Of a stretch of 64,000 nt of DNA, positions 35,652 to 44,807 are shown in pieces. This stretch comes from Candidatus Nomurabacteria bacterium. Its GTDB lineage: Bacteria > Patescibacteriota > Minisyncoccia > Phycocordibacterales > UBA9973. Location of the stretch: the NCBI GenBank assembly GCA_029288725.1, contig JARIGS010000023.1, positions 20,582-84,581 of the forward strand. The letters run 5' to 3'. The notes under the pieces were generated by a model. That model ran no database searches. It had not been told where the DNA came from and saw only the letters and a program-made list of their open reading frames with translations. Within the stretch, counting starts at the first letter, position 1, and every line of letters begins with the position of its first letter. The position numbers and the translations under genes are program-made.

Positions 35652-37895
35652 TTATTCAAAGTGTACCGCTGCAAACGGTTTGATATGAGCATCCAGCAAT
35701 GGATGCTTTTTCAATTGAGGATCGTCTGCCACGATGGCGATGGCGGCCTGACGGGCTGCCTCCACCAGTTTAAGGTTGCGCAATGCTTCCATGCCGATGT
35801 CGGACACGCCCCACTGCTGTACGCCAGTGAGCTCACCGGTACCGCGCAATTGCAAGTCATATTCTGCCAGTTCAAACCCGTTCTTTGCATTCAAAAACAG
35901 TTTCATGCGTTCCTGCGTTCGTTCGCTTTTAGCATCAGCAAAAAGGTAACAGTAGGGCTGATGCGATGAGCGTTGGACGCGGCCACGAAGCTGGTGCAGT
36001 TGCGAGAGGCCAAAGCGTTCTGCTCCTTCAATAATGATAACAGTGGCATTGGGCACGTTTACGCCCACTTCCACCACTGATGTGGCGACGAGGATGTCGG
36101 TTTCATGATTGGCAAAGTCATACATGCTTTCCTCCTTTTTCTCCTTGGTCATTTTGCTATGAAGGATGCCGATACGGTATTCGGGAAAGACCTTTTCCTG
36201 GAGATGCTTGGCTTCGGTCAGGACATTCTTCATTTGAATGGTCTTTTCCGCCCGCTTCGCCGAATCGAGGCGAGCATCTTTGTCAGTGGCGGCAATGCGC
36301 GGGCAGATGACATATGCCTGTCGGCCTTCCTTGAGGACGGCGCGAATGGTTTCATACACTTCTTCGCGTTTGTCCGGGGTGACCATGACGGTCGTGACCT
36401 GCTTGCGTCCAGCTGGAAGCTGATCCAACAGTGAAAGATCCAAGTCGCCATAGATGGTCAATGCAAGAGTACGAGGGATTGGTGTGGCAGTCATCGAAAG
36501 CAGGTGAGGGAAATGAGTGTCCTTTTTAGCCAAGCCCTTGCGCTGATTCAAACCGAAGCGATGCTGTTCATCGATGATGGCCAATGCCAAGTGCTTAAAG
36601 GTCAGGCTTTTTTGAATCAATGCATGAGTACCGATGACAATCGGGATTTCACCGTTGGCAATCCATTTCGAAAGCTGGGCGCGAGAGATGGTTGTCCATG
36701 TTGCTGACCCGACTTCGCCAGAGGCTACGTCGCGGCGAGGTGCGACCTTGCTAGGGAACTTGCGACAGCCACTGCCAGTGATGAGTGCAATGGAAATGCC
36801 AGTATGACGAAAGAGCTCAATGAAGCTTTCGAAGTGCTGTGTTGCCAGAATTTCGGTCGGTGCCATGTATGCAACCTGCAGACTGCCGAATGTCTGCTTC
36901 ACTTTTGGTCGAAGATCCTGAGCCGCGTCTGACGCGGCGAAGGGGCGATTCATCACCGTCGCATATGCTGCCGCAGCCGCCACGGCAGTCTTGCCGCTAC
37001 CCACATCTCCTTCAAGCAATCGTGACATGGGCACATCGCGTTCGAGATCCTGAAAAATATGCTTGATGGCATTCTCCTGGGCACCGGTCAACGGGAAGCC
37101 AAGTCGTTTGATGAAGTCTTCAGTATCGGCACTACTGACATCAATGGCGTACGCAACCTGTTCTTTCACGCTCGCTCGTTCTTGTTGGCGAGCGACATTG
37201 ATCGAGAATATCTCATCAAAGGCAAAGCGCTTGCGGGCGATCAGGGCATTGTCCTTGGTCTTGGGGCCATGAATCCAGATCAATGCGGTCTTGAGGGCAG
37301 GGAGGGAATATTGTTCCAGTAGGGTAGAAGGAAGATGGTCAGGGATGGTTTCTATCGTTGCCAGGGCACGAGTAATGGCATGGTGGAACCAGAGACTTGA
37401 AACCCCTCGTGTCTCCGGATAGATCGGGGTCAGGACGGCATGCTCATCACTGGCAAAGAGTGAGTCATGACTATCGATCGGCAATGCCTTTTCTTCGCGA
37501 ATGGTTGGATTGACCATCGCCAGCTTGTCCTTGTACATGCTGACCTTGCCCGTGATTTCAATAGTGCCCCCAATCTGTAGCATTTTTGCCAAGTAGGGTT
37601 GGTTGAACCACAATACTGACAAGGTACCACTGACATCCTCGATCACTCCCTCGGTCATCGGTACTTTTGAAGTCCACGATTTCTTGGCGGCAAGTTTTTT
37701 GATGGTGCCACGAACGGTGGCAACGGTGTCTTCGCTCAGGCCCTGGATGGAAACATATTGGCTTTCGTCAGCATAACGAGTAGGGAAATGATAGAGCAGG
37801 TCGCCCACCGTATGAAGGCCAAGCTTAGTCAGGCCGATGCGGATTTCTGGTTTCAAGCGGATGAGCTGGTCGATCGGCGAGTCGAGGGTAATCAT
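35652..37895 (-). CDS. recG: ATP-dependent DNA helicase RecG
   Basis: N-terminal wedge domain. LLEGDVGSGKTAVAAAAAYA Walker A. DEQHRFG. Helicase C motifs. 747 aa. Confidence 0.93.
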   Translation of the reverse strand: MITLDSPIDQLIRLKPEIRIGLTKLGLHTVGDLLYHFPTRYADESQYVSIQGLSEDTVATVRGTIKKLAAKKSWTSKVPMTEGVIEDVSGTLSVLWFNQPYLAKMLQIGGTIEITGKVSMYKDKLAMVNPTIREEKALPIDSHDSLFASDEHAVLTPIYPETRGVSSLWFHHAITRALATIETIPDHLPSTLLEQYSLPALKTALIWIHGPKTKDNALIARKRFAFDEIFSINVARQQERASVKEQVAYAIDVSSADTEDFIKRLGFPLTGAQENAIKHIFQDLERDVPMSRLLEGDVGSGKTAVAAAAAYATVMNRPFAASDAAQDLRPKVKQTFGSLQVAYMAPTEILATQHFESFIELFRHTGISIALITGSGCRKFPSKVAPRRDVASGEVGSATWTTISRAQLSKWIANGEIPIVIGTHALIQKSLTFKHLALAIIDEQHRFGLNQRKGLAKKDTHFPHLLSMTATPIPRTLALTIYGDLDLSLLDQLPAGRKQVTTVMVTPDKREEVYETIRAVLKEGRQAYVICPRIAATDKDARLDSAKRAEKTIQMKNVLTEAKHLQEKVFPEYRIGILHSKMTKEKKEESMYDFANHETDILVATSVVEVGVNVPNATVIIIEGAERFGLSQLHQLRGRVQRSSHQPYCYLFADAKSERTQERMKLFLNAKNGFELAEYDLQLRGTGELTGVQQWGVSDIGMEALRNLKLVEAARQAAIAIVADDPQLKKHPLLDAHIKPFAAVHFE

Positions 37896-37908
37896 GGAAG
37901 TAAGTATA

Positions 37909-37962
37909 CCCTGCCATAGCGAATTCGGCCCGCTGCGCCAAAGCGCTAGCGCGGCGAGCGAG
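37909..37962. repeat. GC-rich hairpin-repeat family copy (intergenic, upstream of recG)
   Basis: CCCTGCCATAGCGAATTCGGCCCGCTGCGCCAAAGCGCTAGCGCGGCGAGCGAGG. The phrase GCTAGCGCGGCGAGCGAGG parallels GCTACGGCGCGGCGAGGGG in the 58785..58831 copy. Confidence 0.45.
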
Positions 37963-37969
37963 GTAAAGC

Positions 37970-38000
37970 AAAAGGGGCACCCTACGGGTGCCCCTTTTGC
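37970..38000 (-). terminator. Terminator after the RRM-protein gene
   Basis: AAAAGGGGCACCC-TAC-GGGTGCCCCTTTTG. Confidence 0.75.
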
Positions 38001-38020
38001 AGTAACTCACTAATCAGTGA

Positions 38021-38332
38021 TTAGTAGTTGTTACGATCGCGGTTGAAACCTCCACGGTTTCCACCATTTCCGCCTTCGCGCTTTTCGCTAGGACGTGCAA
38101 TGTCAACGAAGATGGTGCGTCCATCAAGTTCGGTGTTGTTGAGCTTATCAACAGCTGCCTGCGCTTCTGCATCACTTGAGAATTCAACGAAGCCAAAACC
38201 TTTTGAGCGGCCTGTTGTCTTGTCCATGATGACGTTCGCACTGGTCACGGTACCAACCTGTGCGAAGTAGTCTGATAATCCCTGGTTAGTAGTATTGAAT
38301 GAAATACTACCAACGAAAACTTTATTATTCAT
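38021..38332 (-). CDS. RRM-type RNA-binding protein with Gly/Arg-rich tail
   Basis: RNP-2 KVFVGSISF and RNP-1 KGFGFVEF. C-terminal RGG-like GGNGGNRGGFNRDR. Confidence 0.85.
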   Translation of the reverse strand: MNNKVFVGSISFNTTNQGLSDYFAQVGTVTSANVIMDKTTGRSKGFGFVEFSSDAEAQAAVDKLNNTELDGRTIFVDIARPSEKREGGNGGNRGGFNRDRNNY

Positions 38333-38467
38333 TATGTATATTACTTATTTATTATCCTTGCAACGCACTATTCGAAACTAGAGCACATTACAATGAAATC
38401 ACTATAGCACACATTCCTAAAAAAGCTCTTAAGGAGTTATGAAGGAAATATAAAGGTATACCGGCCG

Positions 38468-39031
38468 TTACATGCTGCTTTTTGGCAGGAAGTAAAACAA
38501 GGGTGGAATGGTCAGGAGAACGTAGGCTAGGGGAATGGACATGATCGGTGCCAGGATGGCAAGAAAATAGACACTTGGCCCAATAAGACTGCGGAAACTG
38601 ACCCGAGCGGTACTATGAGCCTGATGATGGATCCAATAGCGCAAAAAACTGAAACTGGCAGAAGCGCCAAACAATACCAGGGCATAGATACTGACCGCTG
38701 GTGCAGACGGAGCGTTGAGACTCATGGTCTGGGTAACAAAGGGGATAAGAATGAGGAAGAGGAGGAACAGCATGTTCAGCCAGAGGATGCGACGGCGGGT
38801 AATGGTACTGAGACGTTGGGTGAGCTGGTGATGATTGACCCAGAAGATGGCAATGGTCACGAAGCTGAGCACAAAGGTTAGCAGACTAGGAATGAGCGGG
38901 ATCAGTCCGCGAAATGAAAAGGTCGGGCTTTGTAAATTGGGAACGCGGAGTTCCAATGCAAGAAGGGTAACGGCAATGGCAAAGACACCGTCGCTCAATG
39001 CCTCGAAACGAATTTTGGTAGCTGGCTTCAT
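38468..39031 (-). CDS. DUF1211 / TMEM175-like membrane protein (putative K+ channel family)
   Basis: RFEALSDGVFAIAVTLLALEL signature (RxEAFSDGVFAIAITLLVLE). Multiple TM helices. The ORF is open to 39097. Confidence 0.6.
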   Translation of the reverse strand: MKPATKIRFEALSDGVFAIAVTLLALELRVPNLQSPTFSFRGLIPLIPSLLTFVLSFVTIAIFWVNHHQLTQRLSTITRRRILWLNMLFLLFLILIPFVTQTMSLNAPSAPAVSIYALVLFGASASFSFLRYWIHHQAHSTARVSFRSLIGPSVYFLAILAPIMSIPLAYVLLTIPPLFYFLPKSSM

Positions 39032-39156
39032 ATGATAAGAGTATACTAAAAGAGGCAAAGAAAGAATAATGCCAAGGGAAGCGTATAAAGAATACAAGCG
39101 GAGCGACTGTCATGCGGTATGCTTGTGTGGATTATTAGCAATGAATACTTATATAT

Positions 39157-39963
39157 ATGAATAAAAAACTACTCACTATTCCAGCCCTTATGCTTGTTGC
39201 AACGGTAGGGTTCACTACTGCTGCATCAGCTGATGTACTCAATGCAAATCTTGGTATTAATGCCACTGTTACCGCACCGCACGTCCAGGTTCGTGGCGAA
39301 AGCGATGATCATATCAGTGATCGCGGCGACATGATGCGCAATTGGGGCGTGTTCGGTACCGTTACAGCCGTCAATGGCAGTACGATTACCGTACAGACCA
39401 AGGCAATGATGAAGGGTAACACCAGTATTCCTGCTGCAACGTATACCGTTACCACCTCAAGCAGTACGACCGTTGATAAGAACAATGCAACAAGTTCCGT
39501 CTCTGCAATCGCTGTCGGTGATACCGTGATGGTGGAAGGCACCATGAACGGTACGACCATTACGGCTAGCCGGATTCATGATGGTCTGATGATGAAAGGT
39601 CCAGGAACAGGAAATAGTACGAGCACTTCAGCTAATTTCCCTGCGGGCAATGGTCAGCCAGTGATTGGCGGCACGGTAAGTGCAGTCAATGGTAATACTA
39701 TTACCATCACCAATCAGAGCAATGCCTCATATACTATTGATGTCACCAATGCCAAGATCACCAAGGGTAATGCCACCAGTACTGCTGGAAACATTGCAGT
39801 TGGCGACAACCTCATCGCCCAGGGCACGATCAATGGCAACACCGTTACTGCGGTCAATGTCATCGACAGTAGTGTTACCGCCAACACCAACAATGGTGAA
39901 CACCGCGGATTCTTCGGTTCAATCGGAAGCTTCTTCGCACACCTCTTTGGGTTTGGAAAGTAA
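39157..39963 (+). CDS. Secreted protein with three DUF5666-like repeats
   Basis: Signal peptide. Thrice-repeated unit GTVTAVNGSTITVQT ... IAVGDTVMVEGTMNGTTITASRI. Confidence 0.5.
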   Translation: MNKKLLTIPALMLVATVGFTTAASADVLNANLGINATVTAPHVQVRGESDDHISDRGDMMRNWGVFGTVTAVNGSTITVQTKAMMKGNTSIPAATYTVTTSSSTTVDKNNATSSVSAIAVGDTVMVEGTMNGTTITASRIHDGLMMKGPGTGNSTSTSANFPAGNGQPVIGGTVSAVNGNTITITNQSNASYTIDVTNAKITKGNATSTAGNIAVGDNLIAQGTINGNTVTAVNVIDSSVTANTNNGEHRGFFGSIGSFFAHLFGFGK

Positions 39964-39989
39964 TTTCACTGAAATTTGATTCTTCTATA

Positions 39990-40025
39990 GAAAAGGGCCA
40001 CGCCTACGGCGTGGCCCTTTTTATG
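39990..40025 (+). terminator. Rho-independent terminator
   Basis: AAAAGGGCCACGCC-TAC-GGCGTGGCCCTTTTT. Confidence 0.8.
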
Positions 40026-40079
40026 TCTAGAGGGGGTTTATATTTTCTCCCTTTTGAGCTATGATATCCTCACAATCCT

Positions 40080-40164
40080 GGAGGATTGGATGAGTGGTTT
40101 AAATCAACGGTTTACTAAACCGTCGGCTGTCACAGGCCCGTGAGTTCGAATCTCACATCCTCCG
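40080..40164 (+). tRNA. Class II tRNA (Ser-type: 3-bp D stem, long variable arm, G73) with apparent anticodon ACU
   Basis: Acceptor GGAGGAT/ATCCTCC. D stem GAT/ATC. Anticodon stem ACGGT/ACCGT with loop TTACTAA. Variable arm about 16 nt. T arm GTGAG-TTCGAAT-CTCAC. CCA is not encoded. GCU or a UCN-reading anticodon was expected; A34 is unusual. Confidence 0.6.
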
Positions 40165-40262
40165 CCTTCGCCGCGCTGAAGCGACGGCTACGGCGCGACA
40201 CAGTCCGCCCAGTAGCAAGTCGCGAAAGCGGGTTCGCCGCGCCGTAGCTTCGACGAAACGCA
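40164..40262. repeat. Longest GC-rich hairpin-repeat family copy, overlapping and abutting the tRNA 3' end
   Basis: CCTCCGCCTTCGCCGCGCTGAAGCGACGGCTACGGCGCGAC...CGCCGCGCCGTAGCTTCGACG. Contains both GCTACGGCG and its reverse complement CGCCGTAGC as an imperfect roughly 16-bp inverted repeat. About 70% GC in a roughly 35% GC neighbourhood. Confidence 0.6.
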
Positions 40263-40332
40263 GTGCGCAAAGACTTTATTCTAATATTTTTTCTTTAAAT
40301 ATTCTTGACCACCCATTTGCTATAACCAATGA

Positions 40333-40569
40333 ATGTATTACGTTTACATTCTAACCGTTAAAGACGGCTTCTATATTGGTTGCACTGATGACTTGAAGTC
40401 TCGCATTGAAAGACACAAAAACGGCCACGTCCCTGCCACTAAAGACAGACTTCCTCTTCAGCTTAAAAATTATATTGCTTTCATTTCAAAATATTCTGCA
40501 TTCGAATTTGAACGATATTTAAAGTCTGGATCGGGAAGAAGTTTTTGTAAAAAGCATTTTAATTTATAA
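40333..40569 (+). CDS. GIY-YIG nuclease-superfamily protein (single-domain, YhbQ-like)
   Basis: MYYVYILTVKDGFYIGCTDDLKSRIERHKNG...EFERYLK carries the GIY-YIG signature Y-x-Y ... Y-I-G ... R ... E. Confidence 0.65.
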   Translation: MYYVYILTVKDGFYIGCTDDLKSRIERHKNGHVPATKDRLPLQLKNYIAFISKYSAFEFERYLKSGSGRSFCKKHFNL

Positions 40570-40577
40570 TTCCTCCT

Positions 40578-40973
40578 ATGCCAATGACTATTAAAACTAC
40601 TGTTAAGGATACTCCGGATAAGGGAAGCGGACTTTTTACTGTAGAAAAAATAACAAAAGGAGATATTGTTTTTAGGGACGATCCTAGCTTTGACAGGGTA
40701 TTTTCGAGAGAAGAGGTGCAATCAATGCCAAACGTATTGAGGGAATTTGTAAAATTCTATGCGTCATACGATAAGAAGAAGCAGGAATACTATCTTGATG
40801 CCGATAATACCAAGTTTATTAATCACAGTGACAACCCTAATATTACCTATATCGAAGACAAGGGGGTAATGGTTGCTACAAGAGATATCGATAGTGACGA
40901 AGAACTGACTTCGGACTACAGAGAGTATGATGATCCGTCCAAAGAGGGTAATTTCGGATTTGAATTTAAATAG
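40578..40973 (+). CDS. SET-domain protein (putative protein-lysine methyltransferase)
   Basis: GSGLFTVEKITKGDIVF ... FINHSDNPN ... EELTSDY matches the SET motifs (GxG, NHS-x-x-PN, ELxxDY). 131 aa. Confidence 0.65.
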   Translation: MPMTIKTTVKDTPDKGSGLFTVEKITKGDIVFRDDPSFDRVFSREEVQSMPNVLREFVKFYASYDKKKQEYYLDADNTKFINHSDNPNITYIEDKGVMVATRDIDSDEELTSDYREYDDPSKEGNFGFEFK

Positions 40974-41061
40974 TGACTATTATTCCGGTAGTACGTTTGA
41001 CCCCATAATAAAACCCTCTCATTATTTAATGAGAGGGGGATAGTGTAATTTTTTAGGTTCA

Positions 41062-41604
41062 TTACGGAACCGTAATGCTTTTTGAAAATGCAGAATTGTC
41101 GATCTTGTATCTGACATAGTCAGAAGTTGATGCGGGAGTGGTGTAGGCGAGCGTGTTCAGGGTGAGGGTATAAGTACCTGAGCCCGAAGGAAAATAGGTA
41201 ACCGTGATTTTAAATTCCTTGGTGGTGCCTTTTTCAATAGTATAGTTTCCCATACCGTCTGCCTTAAGGCTTCTTACACCCACCACGCTGGCAGAGCCAT
41301 TAGCTGAGAGCAGGATACTACCATTATTTATAGTGTACTGGCAGGCATTGCTAAGGTCTTGCAGGGCCGGGGCTTGTATTGTTCCTTGCGATATATTTAG
41401 CAATCGCGAGGATAGATGCGTCGATTGGTCCCTGGCCGTCAACAAAAAATCAATGGTGTAGGTTATTGCGCCGCTAACAGTATCTATAGAAGCAGCGACG
41501 TTTACTATTTTTGGCGGATCAAATATTGTAATATAGCCGGTTTTTTGGCACGACGTCATGCATAGCAATCCTAGTGCCATAACAAGGGTGAAAAGCTTTT
41601 TCAT
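41062..41604 (-). CDS. Hypothetical lipoprotein
   Basis: Signal peptide with lipobox (…LLCMTSC). 180 aa, beta-rich. Confidence 0.5.
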   Translation of the reverse strand: MKKLFTLVMALGLLCMTSCQKTGYITIFDPPKIVNVAASIDTVSGAITYTIDFLLTARDQSTHLSSRLLNISQGTIQAPALQDLSNACQYTINNGSILLSANGSASVVGVRSLKADGMGNYTIEKGTTKEFKITVTYFPSGSGTYTLTLNTLAYTTPASTSDYVRYKIDNSAFSKSITVP

Positions 41605-41753
41605 TTCCTATACTTTTTATGTGATTTGAGAATGTGGATTTTCTAAAATAATATCACATTTATCATAAAAGTCAATTAGCCTTGACGATACAGGGTGAAA
41701 TGACTATTATCACCATTGTAAGGTTAATTTGTCTACGGACGTACTATTTATAT

Positions 41754-43136
41754 ATGAAGAAATTTGGATACAAATCAATATTAGCAATGGTTATCGGGGC
41801 GGTCGCATCACTGGCTTTTGCCGCTCAGGTATTTGCCATGACACCAACATTGTCACTGACCAGTAACGGCTATGGCAGCATGCAGGTCAATGTCTTTGGC
41901 GATGCCAATGCCTCAGTGATCTTGGATTATTATTCAGGTGGACAGCTCATGGGGGCCGGGGTGATCGGTACTACCAACTACAGTGGCTATTTCAGCGGGC
42001 AGTTGAATCCGGGCAACTATGCGATTCCCAACGGCGCACAGGTCTTGGTTGTAGTAAACGGCCAGCAGTCAGCATCAACTACCTGGACTAACAATGGTTA
42101 TAACAACGGTGGATACAATAACGGCTCACTGTCACTCAGCCAGACATCAGTGAACCTTTCTGTTGGCCAGAGCGTGAGTATCACTGCTTACAATACCAGC
42201 GGTTCATTGTATGTTTCAACTAACTCAAACAGTGCAGTAGCAAATGCGACAGCATACGGTAATCAAATCACTATCAACGCTGTTGGATACGGATCCTCAT
42301 CACTGACAATTTGCTCTACCTACAATTACAATGGATGCAGTACTGTCTATGTAACCGTGAATGGTGGCTCAAATAATCAGACACCGGTGAGTCTCAGTCA
42401 GTCTAACGTGTCATTGGTAGTAGGGCAGACGCAGACGGTCTACATCAATAGTCTCTACAACAACAATAACGGCTATTACAACAATGGTCAGTACACCCTT
42501 TCCAATCTTTCAAGTGGTATCGTCTCTGCAACGATCAGCGGCAATGCCATTACCTTGTACGGACAGAATGCCGGCTCATCTACTATTAGTGTCTGCTCAA
42601 ACGGCTATAACGGGGGATACAATAATGGCTACTACGGCAGCACCACCTGTGCGAACTTGTACGTAACCGTTACAGGAAACTACGGATATCCTACCAATCC
42701 AACCTACCCATACTATCCACCAAACAATTACTACAACCAGCTCACGGTAAGCAACAGCAATGTTCAGGTGACTGTCGGAAACAGTGGCAGCGTGGTGATC
42801 AATGGCGGTATTAATTATTACAACAATGGCTATAACGGTGGATACACTAATGGGTATTACGGTTCTGGCAATGACTTCTACATAGCAAATAATAATTCCG
42901 GCATTGCCAATGCAACCATCAATGGAAATAACATCACCGTTTACGGTCTTGCAGCGGGCACGACTTCAGTGACAGTGTGTCAGACCAGTACCAATCAGTG
43001 CGCGACGATCAATGTCACGGTCATCGCACCGAACTACTACAACTACGGCATCTATAATGGACAGTACCAGTACGTTCCTTCACAGAATGGTCAGTACTAC
43101 TACTCATACAATGAACGCCGTTGGTGTCATCGATAA
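41754..43136 (+). CDS. Secreted surface protein with four Big_2-like (bacterial Ig-like) repeats separated by Asn/Gly/Tyr-rich linkers
   Basis: Signal peptide. Repeated unit LSLSQTSVNLSVGQSVSIT...AVANATAYGNQITINAVGYGSSSLTICS...CSTVYVTVNG. NNGYYNNG low-complexity linkers. The ORF is open from 41682. Confidence 0.55.
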   Translation: MKKFGYKSILAMVIGAVASLAFAAQVFAMTPTLSLTSNGYGSMQVNVFGDANASVILDYYSGGQLMGAGVIGTTNYSGYFSGQLNPGNYAIPNGAQVLVVVNGQQSASTTWTNNGYNNGGYNNGSLSLSQTSVNLSVGQSVSITAYNTSGSLYVSTNSNSAVANATAYGNQITINAVGYGSSSLTICSTYNYNGCSTVYVTVNGGSNNQTPVSLSQSNVSLVVGQTQTVYINSLYNNNNGYYNNGQYTLSNLSSGIVSATISGNAITLYGQNAGSSTISVCSNGYNGGYNNGYYGSTTCANLYVTVTGNYGYPTNPTYPYYPPNNYYNQLTVSNSNVQVTVGNSGSVVINGGINYYNNGYNGGYTNGYYGSGNDFYIANNNSGIANATINGNNITVYGLAAGTTSVTVCQTSTNQCATINVTVIAPNYYNYGIYNGQYQYVPSQNGQYYYSYNERRWCHR

Positions 43137-43147
43137 TATGAAATAAC

Positions 43148-43182
43148 AAAAGGGCCCCGCCGTCGGCGGGGCCCTTTTGTTT
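43148..43182 (+). terminator. Rho-independent terminator
   Basis: AAAAGGGCCCCGCCG-TC-GGCGGGGCCCTTTTG. Confidence 0.8.
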
Positions 43183-43231
43183 GACTTTTTATTCGAGCGT
43201 GATAAGTTGGAAAAAACAAAATCTTTCATAT

Positions 43232-43666
43232 ATGAAAAAAATATCCGTAATCTTTCCCACAAGAAACTTCTTGTGCGGAGCCACCTCCCTCTATTTGTTG
43301 GCTGTGTTCTTCAATATCCCATTTAGTGCCGCATCCGTCCTGATGACATTCGGTATCATGACTATTGTCATCCTCCATTATCTGTTTCTGTATGCCATAC
43401 AGACAGAGTTTAAAAAATGGCGATGGGCAGTATGGACCCTCAGTTTCATTACCTGTGTAGGTGAGTTGGTAATCCTGTACTGGCCGATACATATCATTTC
43501 CTCGTTCCAGGGATATTATGTCGTTGGTCGCCAAGAGTCGGCGTTGTTCTTCCTGTGGAATATCGCAGTCAATGTTAGCATTACACTCATTCCTCTATTA
43601 TGGAGCTTGTTCCGTCCCGTATGGCAGTGGTGTCAACACCGCCTGTTCCTCCGATTTGCGAAGTAA
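43232..43666 (+). CDS. Hypothetical polytopic membrane protein
   Basis: Four hydrophobic helices. The ORF is open from 43181; the start is chosen at MKKISVIF, downstream of the terminator. Confidence 0.4.
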   Translation: MKKISVIFPTRNFLCGATSLYLLAVFFNIPFSAASVLMTFGIMTIVILHYLFLYAIQTEFKKWRWAVWTLSFITCVGELVILYWPIHIISSFQGYYVVGRQESALFFLWNIAVNVSITLIPLLWSLFRPVWQWCQHRLFLRFAK

Positions 43667-43667
43667 A

Positions 43668-43694
43668 CAAAAAGCCCCTAACGGGGCTTTTTTC
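43668..43694. terminator. Terminator hairpin (AAAGCCCC-TAAC-GGGGCTTT + TTTC)
   Basis: Perfect 8-bp stem abutting the 3' end of the minus-strand tRNA-Ser. Confidence 0.65.
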
Positions 43695-43695
43695 T

Positions 43696-43783
43696 TGGCG
43701 GAGACGGAGGGATTCGAACCCTCGAGGCTGTGACACCTGCCTCCTTAGCAAGGAGGTACGTTAGACCACTCCGACACGTCTCC
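43696..43783 (-). tRNA. tRNA-Ser (anticodon GCU), CCA encoded
   Basis: Minus-strand sequence GGAGACGTGTCGGAGTGGTCTAACGTACCTCCTTGCTAAGGAGG...GGGTTCGAATCCCTCCGTCTCCGCCA. Anticodon loop TTGCTAA, long variable arm, G73, 3' CCA. Confidence 0.85.
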
Positions 43784-43849
43784 ATATATAGTGCGGTGCT
43801 GCTACTGTATCATAGAGCTGGTTTTTTTTCTACGTGATATACTTTTAGC

Positions 43850-44335
43850 ATGAAAATACATAACAAGGGGTTCACGCTTATCGAACTTTTGGTAGTAATT
43901 GCGATCATTGGTATCTTGGCTTCAGTTATTCTTGCGGCATTGGGCGGTGCTCGCGCAAAGGCAGTAGACTCTCAGCGTTTGTCTGATTTGCGTCAGACTC
44001 AGACAGCAATTGAAACTTATTATAATGAGCGGGGAAGTTACCCCAACACTGGTGGCCAGTGGTTTGGTACTTGTTCTTCATTCGGATCACATACCAACAC
44101 CGGTGCAACAGGATATATTCCTGATCTTGCTCCAACGTATATTCCCGTACTTCCAACTGAACCACAGCCAGTCAATCCTGCTACCGACTGTTACCTTTAT
44201 AATTCAAACGGGAACGACTATATGTTCATGGTATATAAGACCGTCCACGGTACGGTGCCAACAAGCTTGCAGCGCCCAAGCAATCCAACGGAAAAGGATT
44301 ATGTAGTTTATACACCGGGAGCAGCGAATTGGTAA
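43850..44335 (+). CDS. pilA: Type IV pilin (class III signal: MKIHNKG/FTLIELLVVIAIIGILA)
   Basis: Prepilin cleavage motif G/FTLIEL followed by a hydrophobic helix. 161 aa. Confidence 0.8.
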   Translation: MKIHNKGFTLIELLVVIAIIGILASVILAALGGARAKAVDSQRLSDLRQTQTAIETYYNERGSYPNTGGQWFGTCSSFGSHTNTGATGYIPDLAPTYIPVLPTEPQPVNPATDCYLYNSNGNDYMFMVYKTVHGTVPTSLQRPSNPTEKDYVVYTPGAANW

Positions 44336-44356
44336 ATAGTAATCAACTACCTAATG

Positions 44357-44392
44357 CAAAAGGGGCACACCGTAGGTGTGCCCCTTTTTGTT
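44357..44392. terminator. Bidirectional terminator (AAAAGGGGCACACC-GTA-GGTGTGCCCCTTTTT)
   Basis: Perfect 14-bp stem between convergent genes. Confidence 0.8.
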
Positions 44393-44407
44393 ATGTACGA
44401 TTCTGTA

Positions 44408-44749
44408 TTACTGCTTTGGTGCCGGTGCTGCTGTAGCAGGAGCAGCCTGCTGAGCAGGCACTATGACCGTGGTTGTACCTTGTGGTAAGCCGAGACCGTC
44501 CTGTCCTGGGATTATGTCATCATTTCCCATCATCCATTGACCACGGTATTCCATACGACGACCGCCCATATGACCATAATAGCCGTATCCTGCACCATCG
44601 CGCATTTCACCAATCTGAATGCCGAGGAGGAAGATAAAGATACCGATCAAGATCGCAAGCATCATGCGCTTTCCTGAAAAGCCCTTGTCCAATCCGCACC
44701 ATCCGCATTTCTCACCACTGTTGTGGTTCATGTCCTTTTCCATTTCCAT
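44408..44749 (-). CDS. Hypothetical small membrane protein with Gly/Tyr-rich and Ala/Pro-rich tail
   Basis: 113-aa ORF with one TM helix. Has a CGWCG motif. Confidence 0.4.
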   Translation of the reverse strand: MEMEKDMNHNSGEKCGWCGLDKGFSGKRMMLAILIGIFIFLLGIQIGEMRDGAGYGYYGHMGGRRMEYRGQWMMGNDDIIPGQDGLGLPQGTTTVIVPAQQAAPATAAPAPKQ

Positions 44750-44807
44750 AATTTGTCTTTTGTTATACTAACGTGAATAATACCAAGTATAGCATCAGGC
44801 TACCGTT

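Noticed and set aside
41754-43136. Periodic repeats that might suggest a CRISPR array or satellite
   Set aside because: The periodicity is at the protein level (four diverged Big_2-like domains plus NNGYYNNG linkers). There are no identical direct repeats with unique spacers, and no cas genes anywhere in the window.
43181-43231. Upstream extension of the 43232..43666 membrane-protein ORF
   Set aside because: The extended start lies inside the preceding rho-independent terminator hairpin. The downstream Met is preferred.
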